From Rhizodiscina lignyota (taxonomy: Eukaryota), in the NCBI GenBank assembly GCA_010015805.1, contig ML978131.1:868001-932000 (forward strand): a stretch of 64,000 nucleotides of DNA, written 5' to 3'. Below, one piece after another: positions 27,358 through 38,900 of the stretch. Under the pieces are notes generated by a model that saw nothing but the letters and a program-made list of their open reading frames with translations, did no database searches and was not told where the DNA came from. A program made the translations under genes and the position numbers. Position 1 is the stretch's first letter. Each line of letters opens with the position of its first letter.

Positions 27358-29766
27358 CTAGAAAGTTGGAAAGACGCCAACGCTCATGGGCATGATGTGA
27401 CGCGAGTAGTTGGGCTTCTCTTTGTTTTTCTCTTTGGCTTTCTCTTTGGCCTTTTCTTTGGCCTTTTCTTTCTTTTCTTTCTTTTCTTTCTTTTCTTTGG
27501 ACTTGTCTTTGGACTTTTCCTTGGTCACTGGTTCTGGGCTATACTCTTTCGGCGGTGGAATGTACTCTCTCGGCGATGAAAAGTACTCTTTTGGAGGTGG
27601 AAAATACTCTTTTGGCGGTGAGATGTACTCTTTTGGTGGTGAGATGTACTCTTTGGGTGGCGAGATGTACTCTTTTGGTGGCGAGATGTACTCTTTTGGC
27701 GGTGGAGGTGGCGGTGGCGGAGGTGGCGGAGGTGGAGGAGGGGGGAGAGGCATTCGCATAGGCTTCGGTGTTGATATTGATGGGTGTCCAATTGAAGTTG
27801 GCGTGATACCCCTTGCTGGTATCGGCGTGCTCCTTATTGAATCTGAACGAGCTGGTCGCTGTCGTATATCGTGGAGGACACTCATAGCTTTGCCGGACGA
27901 TGTCATGACAGACTTGTATGATTTTTCTTCGGACCCGGAATGTGACCCAACGTGAGATTCTATTTGGGATCCTTGTGCCACGGAAGGTGCATATGAGGGT
28001 TGGTATGAGGGTTGATATGAGGGTTGATATGAGGACAATGATGTTGGCGCTCGATCTTCCCATCCATGGCTCTTGCTACCGCAATGCAGCGACTCCGACT
28101 CAAGACCAGCGTAGTGGGTGAGTATGCTGTAGACGTGGTCGCGGACACCTACTGCTGTGGGTCGTAGTTCAGGGTCATGGTTGAGCATTGCGCGGACCAG
28201 ACGAAGAATGTGTGGAATAGAGCGGAAGAGTCTGTCATCTTGATCGAATGCCCGGTCCTCCACTTGGTTCAGCCAGGTGTTCACACGCGGGATGTTTGCA
28301 TGATACGAACAATCAAAGCGGGCGGTGAGATTGCCTTTTTGAGTTTTCCGAGGTGAGCGCACATGCTTCGAGATGTCGGTGGGTTTGAATTTGTGTAGGC
28401 AACTCAAGATTTCCAGGAAGATGCAGCCAAGACTAAAAATATCGGTCTTCTCTGTTGGTGACTGAGAGCTTGAGGAGTACGTAGATCGCGCATCTGTGAC
28501 AGGAGAGGCAGGGATTTGAGCGAGGCTGTTGTTTAGCGATGAGAAGTTCCACGTGTTTGAGAGCTGAGCGGTTCGCCTCCCTCCAGAGTCACTTGAACTT
28601 GGAGCGTAGGACGATGTTTCAAAGGAATCGTCGGATGTTGAGGACCTGCTATCTCGAGAACGCTTGCGAAAGAGGGACGTGCCGACGGACTTGTTGGCAG
28701 ACGAATTCATGAAGACATAGCGCTCGCCAAGATGAGCTTCTGGCGCTCCATAGTTGTAGACTTCAGTTGGGTCGATTTTCTTATCCCTTTGAAAAGATTT
28801 CAGAGAGCCAATCTCGCTGAATGCGATCTTGTTGTCTTGATCTATGACAATATTCGAGGGACGAATCGCTGTGTGTTGGAAGCCATTCAAATGGAGGTAT
28901 GCGACAGCTTCGGCCAAACAGTGCATCCATTCGAGAAGTAGCCGTTGCCGGGCAGTCTTTGAGAGTTGTTGAAATGACTGCACTTTTCCAGACTCGAAGA
29001 ATGATTTCAGCGTGTGGTCCGCGATGAAAGGTGTCAAAACGTATCCCGCGCCCTTGAAGGTATACGACGCCCATATTGGAACTATGTGGTCGTGATGAAC
29101 GGATTTCATGGTGTCAATGTCATCGTAGTAGTCGTCCGGAAAGCCCTCGCTAATATCCGGTCGTTCCATTGCGATGTGTCTCCTTGCTAGCATTCCAGAA
29201 GCTCTCCTCGGCACCCGAATGCGGACCCAGTTTTGAAGACACTGGGCTGATGGTTGCCGGTAGGAGTACTCCATAGCAACTGCCTCTTGAGGAGCATAAT
29301 CGATGTGTTCACCTTCATCCAGCTCTCGGAGAAGAAACTCGAACTGCTTCGCATGAAACTTCTTATCGAGCTTTTCATCGCCCTTAGAGTTTAGCGCAAG
29401 GTCTTCTACAATATCAAGCGGGATTGGAAGGTCGCCGTCATCGTAAGAGCGGTCAATGATGCTGAAGATCCTGTTGGGGACGCCAATTTCGGCCAAGATG
29501 AGGAACAATGTTTTGGCTCTCTCCATGATGAATTCGAGGTAAGTGTCGGAAGTAAGGCCGTCTCCAAACGCCAAAGGTCGATGCAAATGGGATCTTTCGT
29601 TGTCTTTCAGTCTGCCAGCGACATACTCCATGGTGACGGTGGATTGTATGCGCTCTTCGGTCCACCAGACTGGGCGATTTTGCGCAGAGTTCCCTGTGGG
29701 CCCGTAAGATCCATAGGCGACCATCGATGGGTTGATGGCCACCGACTCGGTGCTAAAGGCCATCAT
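27358..29766 (-). CDS. Protein kinase-like (probable pseudokinase) with a repeat-rich C-terminal tail
   Basis: 802-aa intronless ORF with kinase-fold motifs HDHIV, CLAEAVAYLH, HTAIRPSNIVI, YGAPE, TDIFSLGCIFLEIL and ML..DPELRPTA. The tail contains SYQP repeats, poly-Pro, PPKEYxS repeats and a KEK-rich end. Confidence 0.85.
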   Translation of the reverse strand: MMAFSTESVAINPSMVAYGSYGPTGNSAQNRPVWWTEERIQSTVTMEYVAGRLKDNERSHLHRPLAFGDGLTSDTYLEFIMERAKTLFLILAEIGVPNRIFSIIDRSYDDGDLPIPLDIVEDLALNSKGDEKLDKKFHAKQFEFLLRELDEGEHIDYAPQEAVAMEYSYRQPSAQCLQNWVRIRVPRRASGMLARRHIAMERPDISEGFPDDYYDDIDTMKSVHHDHIVPIWASYTFKGAGYVLTPFIADHTLKSFFESGKVQSFQQLSKTARQRLLLEWMHCLAEAVAYLHLNGFQHTAIRPSNIVIDQDNKIAFSEIGSLKSFQRDKKIDPTEVYNYGAPEAHLGERYVFMNSSANKSVGTSLFRKRSRDSRSSTSDDSFETSSYAPSSSDSGGRRTAQLSNTWNFSSLNNSLAQIPASPVTDARSTYSSSSQSPTEKTDIFSLGCIFLEILSCLHKFKPTDISKHVRSPRKTQKGNLTARFDCSYHANIPRVNTWLNQVEDRAFDQDDRLFRSIPHILRLVRAMLNHDPELRPTAVGVRDHVYSILTHYAGLESESLHCGSKSHGWEDRAPTSLSSYQPSYQPSYQPSYAPSVAQGSQIESHVGSHSGSEEKSYKSVMTSSGKAMSVLHDIRQRPARSDSIRSTPIPARGITPTSIGHPSISTPKPMRMPLPPPPPPPPPPPPPPPPKEYISPPKEYISPPKEYISPPKEYISPPKEYFPPPKEYFSSPREYIPPPKEYSPEPVTKEKSKDKSKEKKEKKEKKEKAKEKAKEKAKEKNKEKPNYSRHIMPMSVGVFPTF
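27538..27706 (-). repeat. Coding 21-bp minisatellite, about 8 copies (PPKEY[I/F][S/P])
   Basis: Repeated GGTGGCGAGATGTACTCTTTT-like units on the + strand, next to a GGN-type poly-Pro tract at about 27700-27745. Confidence 0.9.
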
Positions 29767-32339
29767 CTTGCCGGTATTGTGCAGTCTGCTCGACTTTCAG
29801 TTGAGACAGTGGAAAATTTTTCAAGTGCCAACGCTGCTGGAGACGAAATTATATGGCGCCGGGATCTGGATCTCGCTCATCTCGGGGAAAGAATAGTGGT
29901 GAGTGGTGTGAGAGCTACAGGGTACCGTCCATGCCAGCTGGAGAGGATTAAGGTTGAAAGGTGTAAAGCAGTGACCACACAACAGGCAAACCGAGATTCT
30001 CGCAATATTCTAGAGTGTACAAAGCGTCGGGAGGACTTGAGAGAGAGTGTGTAACACGAGAGCAATACTCTACCCAGGTGGAAATAAGGCACCATTTGGA
30101 CTCATCCCAGGGTCGCCTCTGTGGCAAGCGCGACGCGGGGGCGAAGGGCTAGGGTGGAGCAGGCCGATACGTCTTCGATATTCCATATTGGCCGAGAATA
30201 AACGCAAGTTTGCGGATAGCTCAACGGCCGTCGACGCTTCTGCAGCGTTTCCTCTGCCTTGCCATTCTCAGCAGTATCGCCGCGGTGTGTTGCGGAACAG
30301 CTGTCGACCCTGGTACGCGCGCGCCATCGAATGAGAGCGAGCCGCACCGATTGCTTTTCGAAGGCCCTCGTTCCTTGTAGAGTACCACGAACCTCCGGGA
30401 CGCCCGTGCTGAACGACCTCCTGCATGTCAGTCTTCTTTAGCCGGCCTCCACGATGCTCGTAACTGGGTACCGAGAGCGGGCTCTGTCAGAACTCTGTAT
30501 TGCGACGTTGGCCGCGCCGTGATTGCTCGACGTCGTCCCTGCGCGCCGCTCTCGTCTTCTTCCTTCCCCACATTATCTTTGGACACATGCAACATGGCCG
30601 TCAGCATGCGCCTAGTCACTATCAAACTCCAAGCGCGAGAGGTTGTGTGCCGTTTCACTGGCCCCGTCGACCGTTCCATCGTCACGAAGAGTCAGGGCAC
30701 GATGAAGGAAGGATGAAGTCGGTCGGGGGCTTGCATGCCCTTCGACGCCCGGGAGCTAAGCTGCATGAGGTTTGCGCAAGCTAAATTGGCAGAACCTTCC
30801 ATGCAGGACGCCGTACGACTCACGACTGTCGTACCACGCCGCCGACGACGACGACGCTATTCTGGGGGAAGTGGTGCACGCCCACGCTGAACATCTGTCA
30901 GAAGTCTCAGATGCTCGACAATCGTGGCATGTGGGTCCCGAGAGCGAGCGAAGAAGCAATTACCGATTGACACGCGGGAGCTCGCATTAAGGACCACAAC
31001 GTGCTCCATTGTTAAGGACACTGGCGAGCGAATGTGTTTCACAACCATGTGCCGTTTCTGTTATGCAACCCATCCGAGTAGCGCGGCCGGTGGGCAAGGA
31101 GACGGCCACCGTGCGGATGGATGGATCCCATGTACTGTCAGGCTCCCATGTGCTTGTACAGGAGGCTTAATCAACAACCACCCGAGTCGGCATGAAAAAT
31201 GCCAATCTCTGATCAATGGGTATTCTGCTCTGGCTGGCTGTTGCGTTCCATTGGATCTGCTTCCTGGGGGTGTTCGCAGCAACCGATATCAAAGCAAGAT
31301 GCGGGAGAGCATTCGAAATTGTCGGTGCGTACCGAGCCGAAGGAGCTTGCAGCACTGCAAAGGCAAGACGGCACGAGCGCTTCTCGGTGGCAATTCTCGC
31401 CAAAGATATTGTCTCATTGGTCTTTGACGTCTTCAGAAACACTCGTCTATATCCATAAGTGGCGAAGATCCGTGGACCAGGCGTAAGGTCGAATGAGAAA
31501 GCTTCCTGAGCATCACACCAGCCCTGCCTTGTAATTACCGACATGCACTCCGAAAGCTTCCACGTACACGGGCTGCCAAAGCAAAGGTCATCGTGGAGGC
31601 CAAAAATATGAGGTTTGTCAGAAAGATGGGGGCGACATTTTATCCGCATTTATTGCTGTCAGTGCTGGCAAATTCAAGATTCCAGAAAGGAAATGGAAAA
31701 GGTAAGCGACCACCTTCTTAAAAGACAGCGTGGGACAAGGATATTGATTTTTGCTTTTGCAGAGGCCATATAACATATTGGCGAACCATCTCCAGCACGA
31801 GCTTTCGCACTCCCCCATCTTTCCGGCGGTGAAGATCAATATTGCGACACCGATGACGCACAGTCTCCTTACTGTGGATCCACACGTGGGATACTTTGGG
31901 AAGCATGTGTATGTACTCACAGCTCTTGATAATGCTGACCGCGGCGACAATGCCGTTCGAGATGTTGTTCTATCCGGATCCTCTGACCACATGGCTGCTT
32001 TCGTCAAGTACTTTACATCAACATGCAGCTGCCGACTCGTCTCTAGCGCGCGGCAACTGTCGATCTGACGAGAGACAGTCCGGCTCGGCTCCCTTATTAT
32101 GCTTCAATCGGATCTTCTGATCCTCAGATCGACGACAACATCATGACTCTCTCGCTGCACAAAACTTCGGACATAGGGCTAACGTACCACGATACTGAAC
32201 AGCCAGCCCCATATAGTTTGTGTCGATATAATGGGTTTCACATTCGGACAGTGCCACATGGCCATATCGCCGGGGTATCTCTAATAAACTTTTCGCCTCC
32301 AGAATGCACCCGGTTTCCCCGAATAGCACACACTGTACT

Positions 32340-34004
32340 CTATGCCCAGATCCCGAGTGTCCAGCTCGCTCGTTCTGCTCCCGCAGATCTCGCACCCGGC
32401 CCAAGACTCTGGCGTTGGGCAGCCTTACTTGAAACCTCCTTCTCCTTACTTGCACCTGCGAGCCCGTGCTGTAAGAACGATTCTCGCTCTACCTCCACCA
32501 CGCCTTTGATGCGCAAGGCTGCCATCAAGCTTCCGCCCGCCCATGCCCCAAGCGTCTCCACAGCGCGGATCCGGCCCTCGACAGTCGGCGGAGCTTGTTT
32601 GGCAGCCCTTTCGGCAAGCCTTTCAAGGATTGGATCTTGTTCCTGCGGAACGAATGCGGCGGCAACGGCGGGCTGATGAAGTTCGTTGCTCTCCTCAGCC
32701 GTTCCATCGTCGGTATCACTTGACTCAGTAACATTAGACTCAAGGCGCACTGCGGTGTTATCGTTACGCTCCCTGGGGTTGCTGTTCGCCCTTTTCGTGG
32801 CTTTGCCGTAGTTTCGAATGGGGTCCCATCCACGGCATTTAACCAATAACTTCAGCTCTTCAATGACTCGAGCCTTAATGCCTGGGATGTTCGAGACCCC
32901 GCCGGTTATTACAATGCGCGCCATGCAGACCTTCCGCACATCGACAGGTAGGGCGAGAAGAGCGTTGTACAACAGACGGGATAAAGATAGGTCATGCGCA
33001 TCGTATGATGAAATGTCGCCATTTTCTCCAAAGAAGGCGGTCTCAGCAGGTTCAGAGAATCGAGAAAAGTTTATTTCCAAGGTCGTCGAAGGCTCTGAGG
33101 GCGGCAGCGGAAGCAAAATTGTTTGAGGCGCATCTTGTGACTCGTCCTCTCTGCGATCATCCCCGTTGCCTTTACACCAGGCAAGGCGCGTCAAGACTTC
33201 CTCAGCCTCCTCGAATGAAACTTCGATTGGTCCTTTCGCTTGCGCGGTGCACTCTTCATCGAGCAACTCGGCCATCGCCTCGCTAATTGTTCGAGCTGCT
33301 CGTACACTCCTTCTTTGACATATCTCGCGATACTCGTAGATGGCTGTAGCAGTACTCTCGGCCCACCCAATATCCAGGACCAGTGCTGATCGAAGACCAC
33401 TAGATGCAGCGCATGCTATGGGCGAAGGAAGAATCGTGATGCTGGGAGCTTGAAAAATATTGAACAGCGTTGATAGCGTGACAGAGAGCAGCGGTCGAGC
33501 AATTACAGACGCCAATATCACAGTGAGACGCTTCTTGCGATCGTCCAGCATGAGCACCTCTCCGTCGGCCTTTCGCGCTGCTCTTTCTAGTTTGTCCTCC
33601 ACTAAACCAAGATCCAACTCGCGAACGTCATTCCGCCAGAGTTCGTGATCCTGACCCCATTCTTCTCCGCGCTTCCTCTTTCTCCTCGTGTTATATCCGG
33701 GCATCCATTGTCTATAATCTCCAACTCGATGATGGTCGTCTGGTCCAAAACTCATAATGCATCGTGGAAGTGCTTCACCGGCCATACCGATACGCATGAA
33801 GCGTGAACCGAGCTCAATAACGACATTGTTCTCGTCATCATTCCTGAAGCCGCTACTCGGAGAGTTGTAGAAGGAGGACAGGGACCGATTGAATGGAGTA
33901 TGGGGGGAGCTCGCGTTTTGGATACCAGACAATGTCGGTCGTATTCGTCCAGTGGAGACTTTCCTAGTGAAGTAGTCTGGAGTGCTAGAAGCCGCTGTAG
34001 CCAT
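32340..34004 (-). CDS. ARP10: Actin-related protein of dynactin (Arp10/Arp11, Ro-7-like)
   Basis: Actin-fold motifs VIELGSRFMRIGMAGEALPR, SALVLDIGWAE, LPVDVR...RIVITGG and AWAGGSL. The C-terminal SWTLGIWA end resembles fungal Ro-7 orthologues. Confidence 0.8.
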   Translation of the reverse strand: MATAASSTPDYFTRKVSTGRIRPTLSGIQNASSPHTPFNRSLSSFYNSPSSGFRNDDENNVVIELGSRFMRIGMAGEALPRCIMSFGPDDHHRVGDYRQWMPGYNTRRKRKRGEEWGQDHELWRNDVRELDLGLVEDKLERAARKADGEVLMLDDRKKRLTVILASVIARPLLSVTLSTLFNIFQAPSITILPSPIACAASSGLRSALVLDIGWAESTATAIYEYREICQRRSVRAARTISEAMAELLDEECTAQAKGPIEVSFEEAEEVLTRLAWCKGNGDDRREDESQDAPQTILLPLPPSEPSTTLEINFSRFSEPAETAFFGENGDISSYDAHDLSLSRLLYNALLALPVDVRKVCMARIVITGGVSNIPGIKARVIEELKLLVKCRGWDPIRNYGKATKRANSNPRERNDNTAVRLESNVTESSDTDDGTAEESNELHQPAVAAAFVPQEQDPILERLAERAAKQAPPTVEGRIRAVETLGAWAGGSLMAALRIKGVVEVERESFLQHGLAGASKEKEVSSKAAQRQSLGPGARSAGAERASWTLGIWA

Positions 34005-34247
34005 CGTACATCGTCATATTCCCGCAGGATTGAAGTGCTAATGTTCGTTTACATTTTCTTGAAGTTATATGCATCCGCCATGGTTAAATGTCTTGGCATT
34101 CCGAGGTTTATCCGCGCATTCGCCGCCGGAGATCTTCAACTTTTTCCATCACCATCTGCGATATCCGGACTTTGATTGAGCATTCAACTCACGCCGCGCA
34201 ATTCCTTTGGGCCCGCACACCATTCTCATTCTATATAGCGGTCCAAA

Positions 34248-35050
34248 ATGACAATGTAATAACCTCTGCCGAATTCTCTGTACTGCTCTCTGACCAGCCT
34301 CACAGATGGGATGCCCTAACTGGCCGCAAGTCCTCCGGCAGCACATCAACGTCGACTACCGAACCGACAGATAACTTCTCCTCTCCTTCATTCCAGATAT
34401 CTACACCATCTGCACCATCAACAGACTCCTTCATATTCGACACACAGCAACTCCACCCCCTTGCGAACCTCAACCAAGACACCCTCGACTATCTAACTCT
34501 CGAAGACTCGGTCCTCTCAGAACTACCTGGATCGCGGTCAGCGCTTCCATCTAGAGGCTGGAGCGATGACCTTTGCTATGGTACCGGTGTCACATATCTC
34601 TCGGCTTTGGCGATGGGCGGCGTATGGGGGTTGGCAGAGGGTCTGAACAAAAGCCAGGGGATCACTTCGCCAAAGCTGAGGCTGAACGCTGTTCTGAATG
34701 CTGTGACGAGAAGAGGGCCTTTTTTGGGTAATAGCGCTGGAGTTATTGCCATGGTGTATAATGGTAGGCATACAGACTGGATCTTCTTGTCAAGAGCCTT
34801 GCTAATCTTTGGAAAGGTATAAATTCAACGATAGGACACTATCGAGGAAAGCATGATGCTGCCAATAGCATTGCTGCGGGTGCATTGAGCGGCATGCTTT
34901 TCAAGAGCACAAGAGGAACAAGGCAGATGTTGATCTCTGGAGGCTTGGTGGGAACGGCTGCTGGCGCATGGGCGGTAAGACTCTTGCCTCTTATCAATTT
35001 ATTCGCATACTAACATTTCACAGATCACGAGGAGAGCTCTATTCGATTAG
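34248..35050 (+). CDS. TIM23: Mitochondrial import inner membrane translocase subunit Tim23; exons 34248-34255, 34306-34763, 34817-34974, 35024-35050
   Basis: LPSRGWSDDLCYGTGVTYL, KLRLNAVLNAVTRRGPFLGNSAG, RGKHDAANSIAAGALSGMLFKSTRG. Three canonical introns; the first exon is an 8-nt coding micro-exon (MTI). Confidence 0.95.
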
Positions 35051-35908
35051 ATCCGGTTTATCCCTTTTAATGCTTATGCAACTTCTTGTGGCGAAGCACG
35101 AGCTGCACAAGATGCGTCTTTGGTCCATTCACGTTACTGCATTAGCGCTGGGTTGGTGCTTATGAGACCACTCTACTCTTTCTGTGTATTCTTCATTAGA
35201 GATGTACTATACGGAGTACAGGCCGTCCTGGACGGAAGGCATGTGGAATATAGATGTTGGGTTTCGTCTGACGAACTGTCGTCTATTACATTCTTCCTAT
35301 TCCCTTATTTCTACCGCCACCCTAGCCACTCGGCGATTGCTATACCCCATTCACCGTGCCAAACTACTGCGCCGTGATGCCTGCATTTCCCAGCACCAGC
35401 GTGCACGGCGTCTGCGGAGGATTATGTGAATCAGGTGAATATGGAGACTGAGGCGGAGCTGGGAGTCCGAATACGAGTAGTTGGATCGGTGGGCTTTGTC
35501 ATGGAAGTGCGAGTGCGTGTTTGGCAGCTGCTACATGTTGATGAAGTGCTTACGGAAGAGCGTTTAAGAAAGTGTTAAGAGTGCTCTTAAGAAAGGGGTA
35601 AGAATTACGGTGGAAAGAGACAAAGTGTGGACGAGGTCCCTTTATTATCAAGGATTTTGTACAATATAGAAATACACTGGAAACTTCTGCCCTCAATGCT
35701 CCTCATCAGATCTCTCCCTCGACCATCAAAATCCCCAAAATCACCCCAATGCTTCAGCTATGAAGCCTGATCAACGCCGACGATGCAAGCGGAAACGACA
35801 GATTCGACGCTGAACGCTGCACGAACACGCCAGGAAGGCCGTCAGGAAGTCTAGAGAAAGTCCAGAATCAACGTGTGAAGAAGGTAAATGGTGGAGAAGA
35901 TCCTCAGA

Positions 35909-38900
35909 TCAAGTGCTATAACCTTGTTAGCAAATTGCGTTTGGAGTCAGAGATCCAGACAGGAGACTTACTATATCTCCAAGGGGGCAAGCTGGTCCAC
36001 CGCATACAGCCAACCCGCATTCCTCTCCTCCTTCTCCAACCAGTCATACGGCCAGACAACGAGCACACCCTGCACCATCTTCAACAGCTCCTCCGCGTCA
36101 TCCTTTTCAAGCAGAGTCTCATCGTTGGCTTGGAACGCCCTCATGCTGCTCTTCGTAGTGCCTCTCCTCCGCTGCCTTCTCGTCGAGCCTTTGCTGTTCA
36201 TAGTGGTCGGCTCGGAAATAGTAACAGTGCGATTCCGCGTGATAGGATTTGCGGAATCCACGGCTGGGCGCTCCGAATCGCCATTCGCGCCAGCCTTCTC
36301 GCTAAGCACCGTTCCATTCGAGTTAACTCTGTTCGCCATCACAGCACCATCGGCGACATAGTCCTGCGCCGGAAACGTAAAGCCCTTCTTCTCCTTCCCA
36401 TTGAGCTTTGGACTGCCCTTTCCGCTTAAGTTCGGACTACTCTTCTCATTTAGCTCCTCTCCGTTCTCCTTCTTGTCAGGCGTAGCGCTCCTCTCCGCCC
36501 TATGCTCCTGTTCAGCTCCCCACTCTTCCACTTTACCCATCTGCTGATTCTCCTTCGTACTCGTTCCGGGTATGACCTTCATAATCACCTCGCCAGCCTT
36601 CGCCAAAGGCCCCGCAGTCCCATGTCCAGGCGGACCCGTTCCGCCCGGTGCAGCCTGAGCAGCTGCCATCTTACTCTTCCCAGCGCCTTGACTCTGGCTG
36701 AACCGCTCACCGTACGCCGAGAACTCGCGATACTCCTTCCACGTCTTGGCTTCGTTGTCAGGTTGGCAGCGGAAGACGTGGCGGAAGATGCGCGTGTTGT
36801 TCTCCGCAATCTGGTGCCATGTGTCGAGGTAGAAAGACTCTGTAAGCGGGTCGCGCATGCAGTCACGGCTGATTATGGGACGGCGCATCTCCGCAATGAG
36901 CGGTGCGATGATTTCGGCAGAGAGGCGGGAGAAGGCCCGTTGGAGGGGTGGGGCGCCAATGTCGGTATCGTCCATCGTTGGGAGGACTGGTAGAGAAGAC
37001 AGCAAAGGAAGGCCCAGACCAGCAGTGTCCATGCGAGGTACTCGCGGTGGTGGAAGAGGAGGCTCGCCATTGGTAAGTGGCGTCTCTGAATGGCTCTCTT
37101 TTGGTTCGGACACAGACCGTTGTTTTGGAGAGGGTTGTGATGAGGTCGCACGCGAATCCTCGGGAGCAGTGCTATTCACTAGATATTCGTGGCCATTGAC
37201 CATTCTCGAATCACGGCCATGGGCAATTTCAGCCTTCGCTGCAAGATTGAGCATGTTATCCGGACCAGCGCCCATTACATCGCGTTCATGGGCTGGGTTG
37301 TTCATCACCCTCGGGTCTGAAGTTTGCTTCTTGTGCCCCTTTGGCTGCGGACTATCCGTATCATGGTTATAGCTGTGCAACTCCTCTGCTCTGGTGATCA
37401 AATCGTCCTGCAAGCGATGATGTGATTCAATCAAATGTAACTCAGTCGTCTTGTCTGCAATCGGTGACGGCTCCAGGTGATGGCTCTCGTGCTCATCATT
37501 AACACTGGCACGGGCAGACTCCTCTTCCGCAATTCGCTCTTCTTCGGCAATGACGTCGACGTCTAGACCTAAATGTTCTCTCATCAAGCGCATTCGAAGG
37601 GTGTGGGGGAATCTCCCGACTTTGTAGGGTTCGCCAGCCATTTGTGAGTCCATAAGATCCGTATCGCGAATGATGGCTGCGACTTCTGAATCTCGAGATC
37701 CAAGGAGCGACCGCTCATTGATATTCGCAGATCCAATTATCGCAACTCTATCATCGACGACCATGATCTTGGCATGAATATAAAGCTGCTCGGTCACCAA
37801 GGTTTGCGTTGGTCCAATCTTGCCCCACTGTCGCAGAGCGTAGAACTGGATGTAATCTTCTGGCTCAATGCCAGCGGCCCTGAGACGCTCGAAAATCGAT
37901 GTCTCACCACGACAGATGCTGCGATACTGGCAGGTCATGATCAATCTGACACTGCTGCCATCCGCACTGTCGACAGTGTTCTGATAGCCAGGCATCAGAG
38001 GAATGACGATGATCGCCCTCCATTCTTGCTCATCTCTATGCGCACGTATAATTCGATCAACTAATGCGTCACCAATGAGATTTTCGATCTTCGTGCCTTC
38101 GACGCTGCAGCTGGTAATGAAGAATTGATTCTCGATGTAGACAAAGTGATCCGACTCTTCAATCAGCTTGACATAGGCGTTCATGATGCTATGTTCGGGT
38201 TTGCCGATACCAAGAGACCACTCGCAAGCAGAGCGGAGCATCTGTATTTCACATGTTCCGTCCATGTCGAGGGCTTCGAGGTCTTCGTGAGTAAAATCTG
38301 GGGCAGGCAGCAGGAAAGGAGTTGGACGAGAAGGATTGCGCTGCCGGAGAATGTAGTTCCACCGCTGAACAAAGTGTCTGGTCAAATCGCGAGCCGGCTG
38401 GCCGACTATCTGCATGCCGATATCGTGCCACGGCATCCGAGGTATCCTTGACCGATCGTACATCTCCTCGTAAGGCTTGTCAAGGGAGTAGAAGTCTTGT
38501 ACTCGAGGGTTAGAGTAGTCTTTACCAGGCCAGAGCTGACAGTGATCAGCGTCCTTTGGGTCGGAACTGAGTTCGAAGCCAGTCATCTTGTCGTCGACAA
38601 GTGTATGACCTGGTGTGTCCCAGCGGCCAAAGCAGAGATCTACACCACCGCAGAAAGCTACATTATGATCAATCACGCAAATCTTCTCGTGATGGGACCA
38701 AAAGAATGTGTTCTGGCGGAATTGATTCGGGGATCGCTGAACGAAGACGTTCGGATGGAGGTCCAAGAGCGAGAATTTCGAGTACTCGGAATCGATAGGG
38801 ATTGCAGAGTTGATGTTTCGGTACATGATCACGAAGATCTTCACTCCTTCGCGGGCTTTTCGTTGCAATAGTCGATCCAGTCGCCATTTCTGGCTAATAG

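Noticed and set aside
27538..27706. Regular repeats as a possible CRISPR-like array
   Set aside because: The units are contiguous 21-mers with no unique spacers, inside a eukaryotic CDS.
27410..27955. 181-aa ORF with FGGEMYS repeats and poly-Gly
   Set aside because: Reverse complement of the pseudokinase repeat tail; no independent evidence of a gene.
29800..32300. Many short overlapping ORFs upstream of the pseudokinase
   Set aside because: No motifs; consistent with chance ORFs in a long promoter/UTR region.
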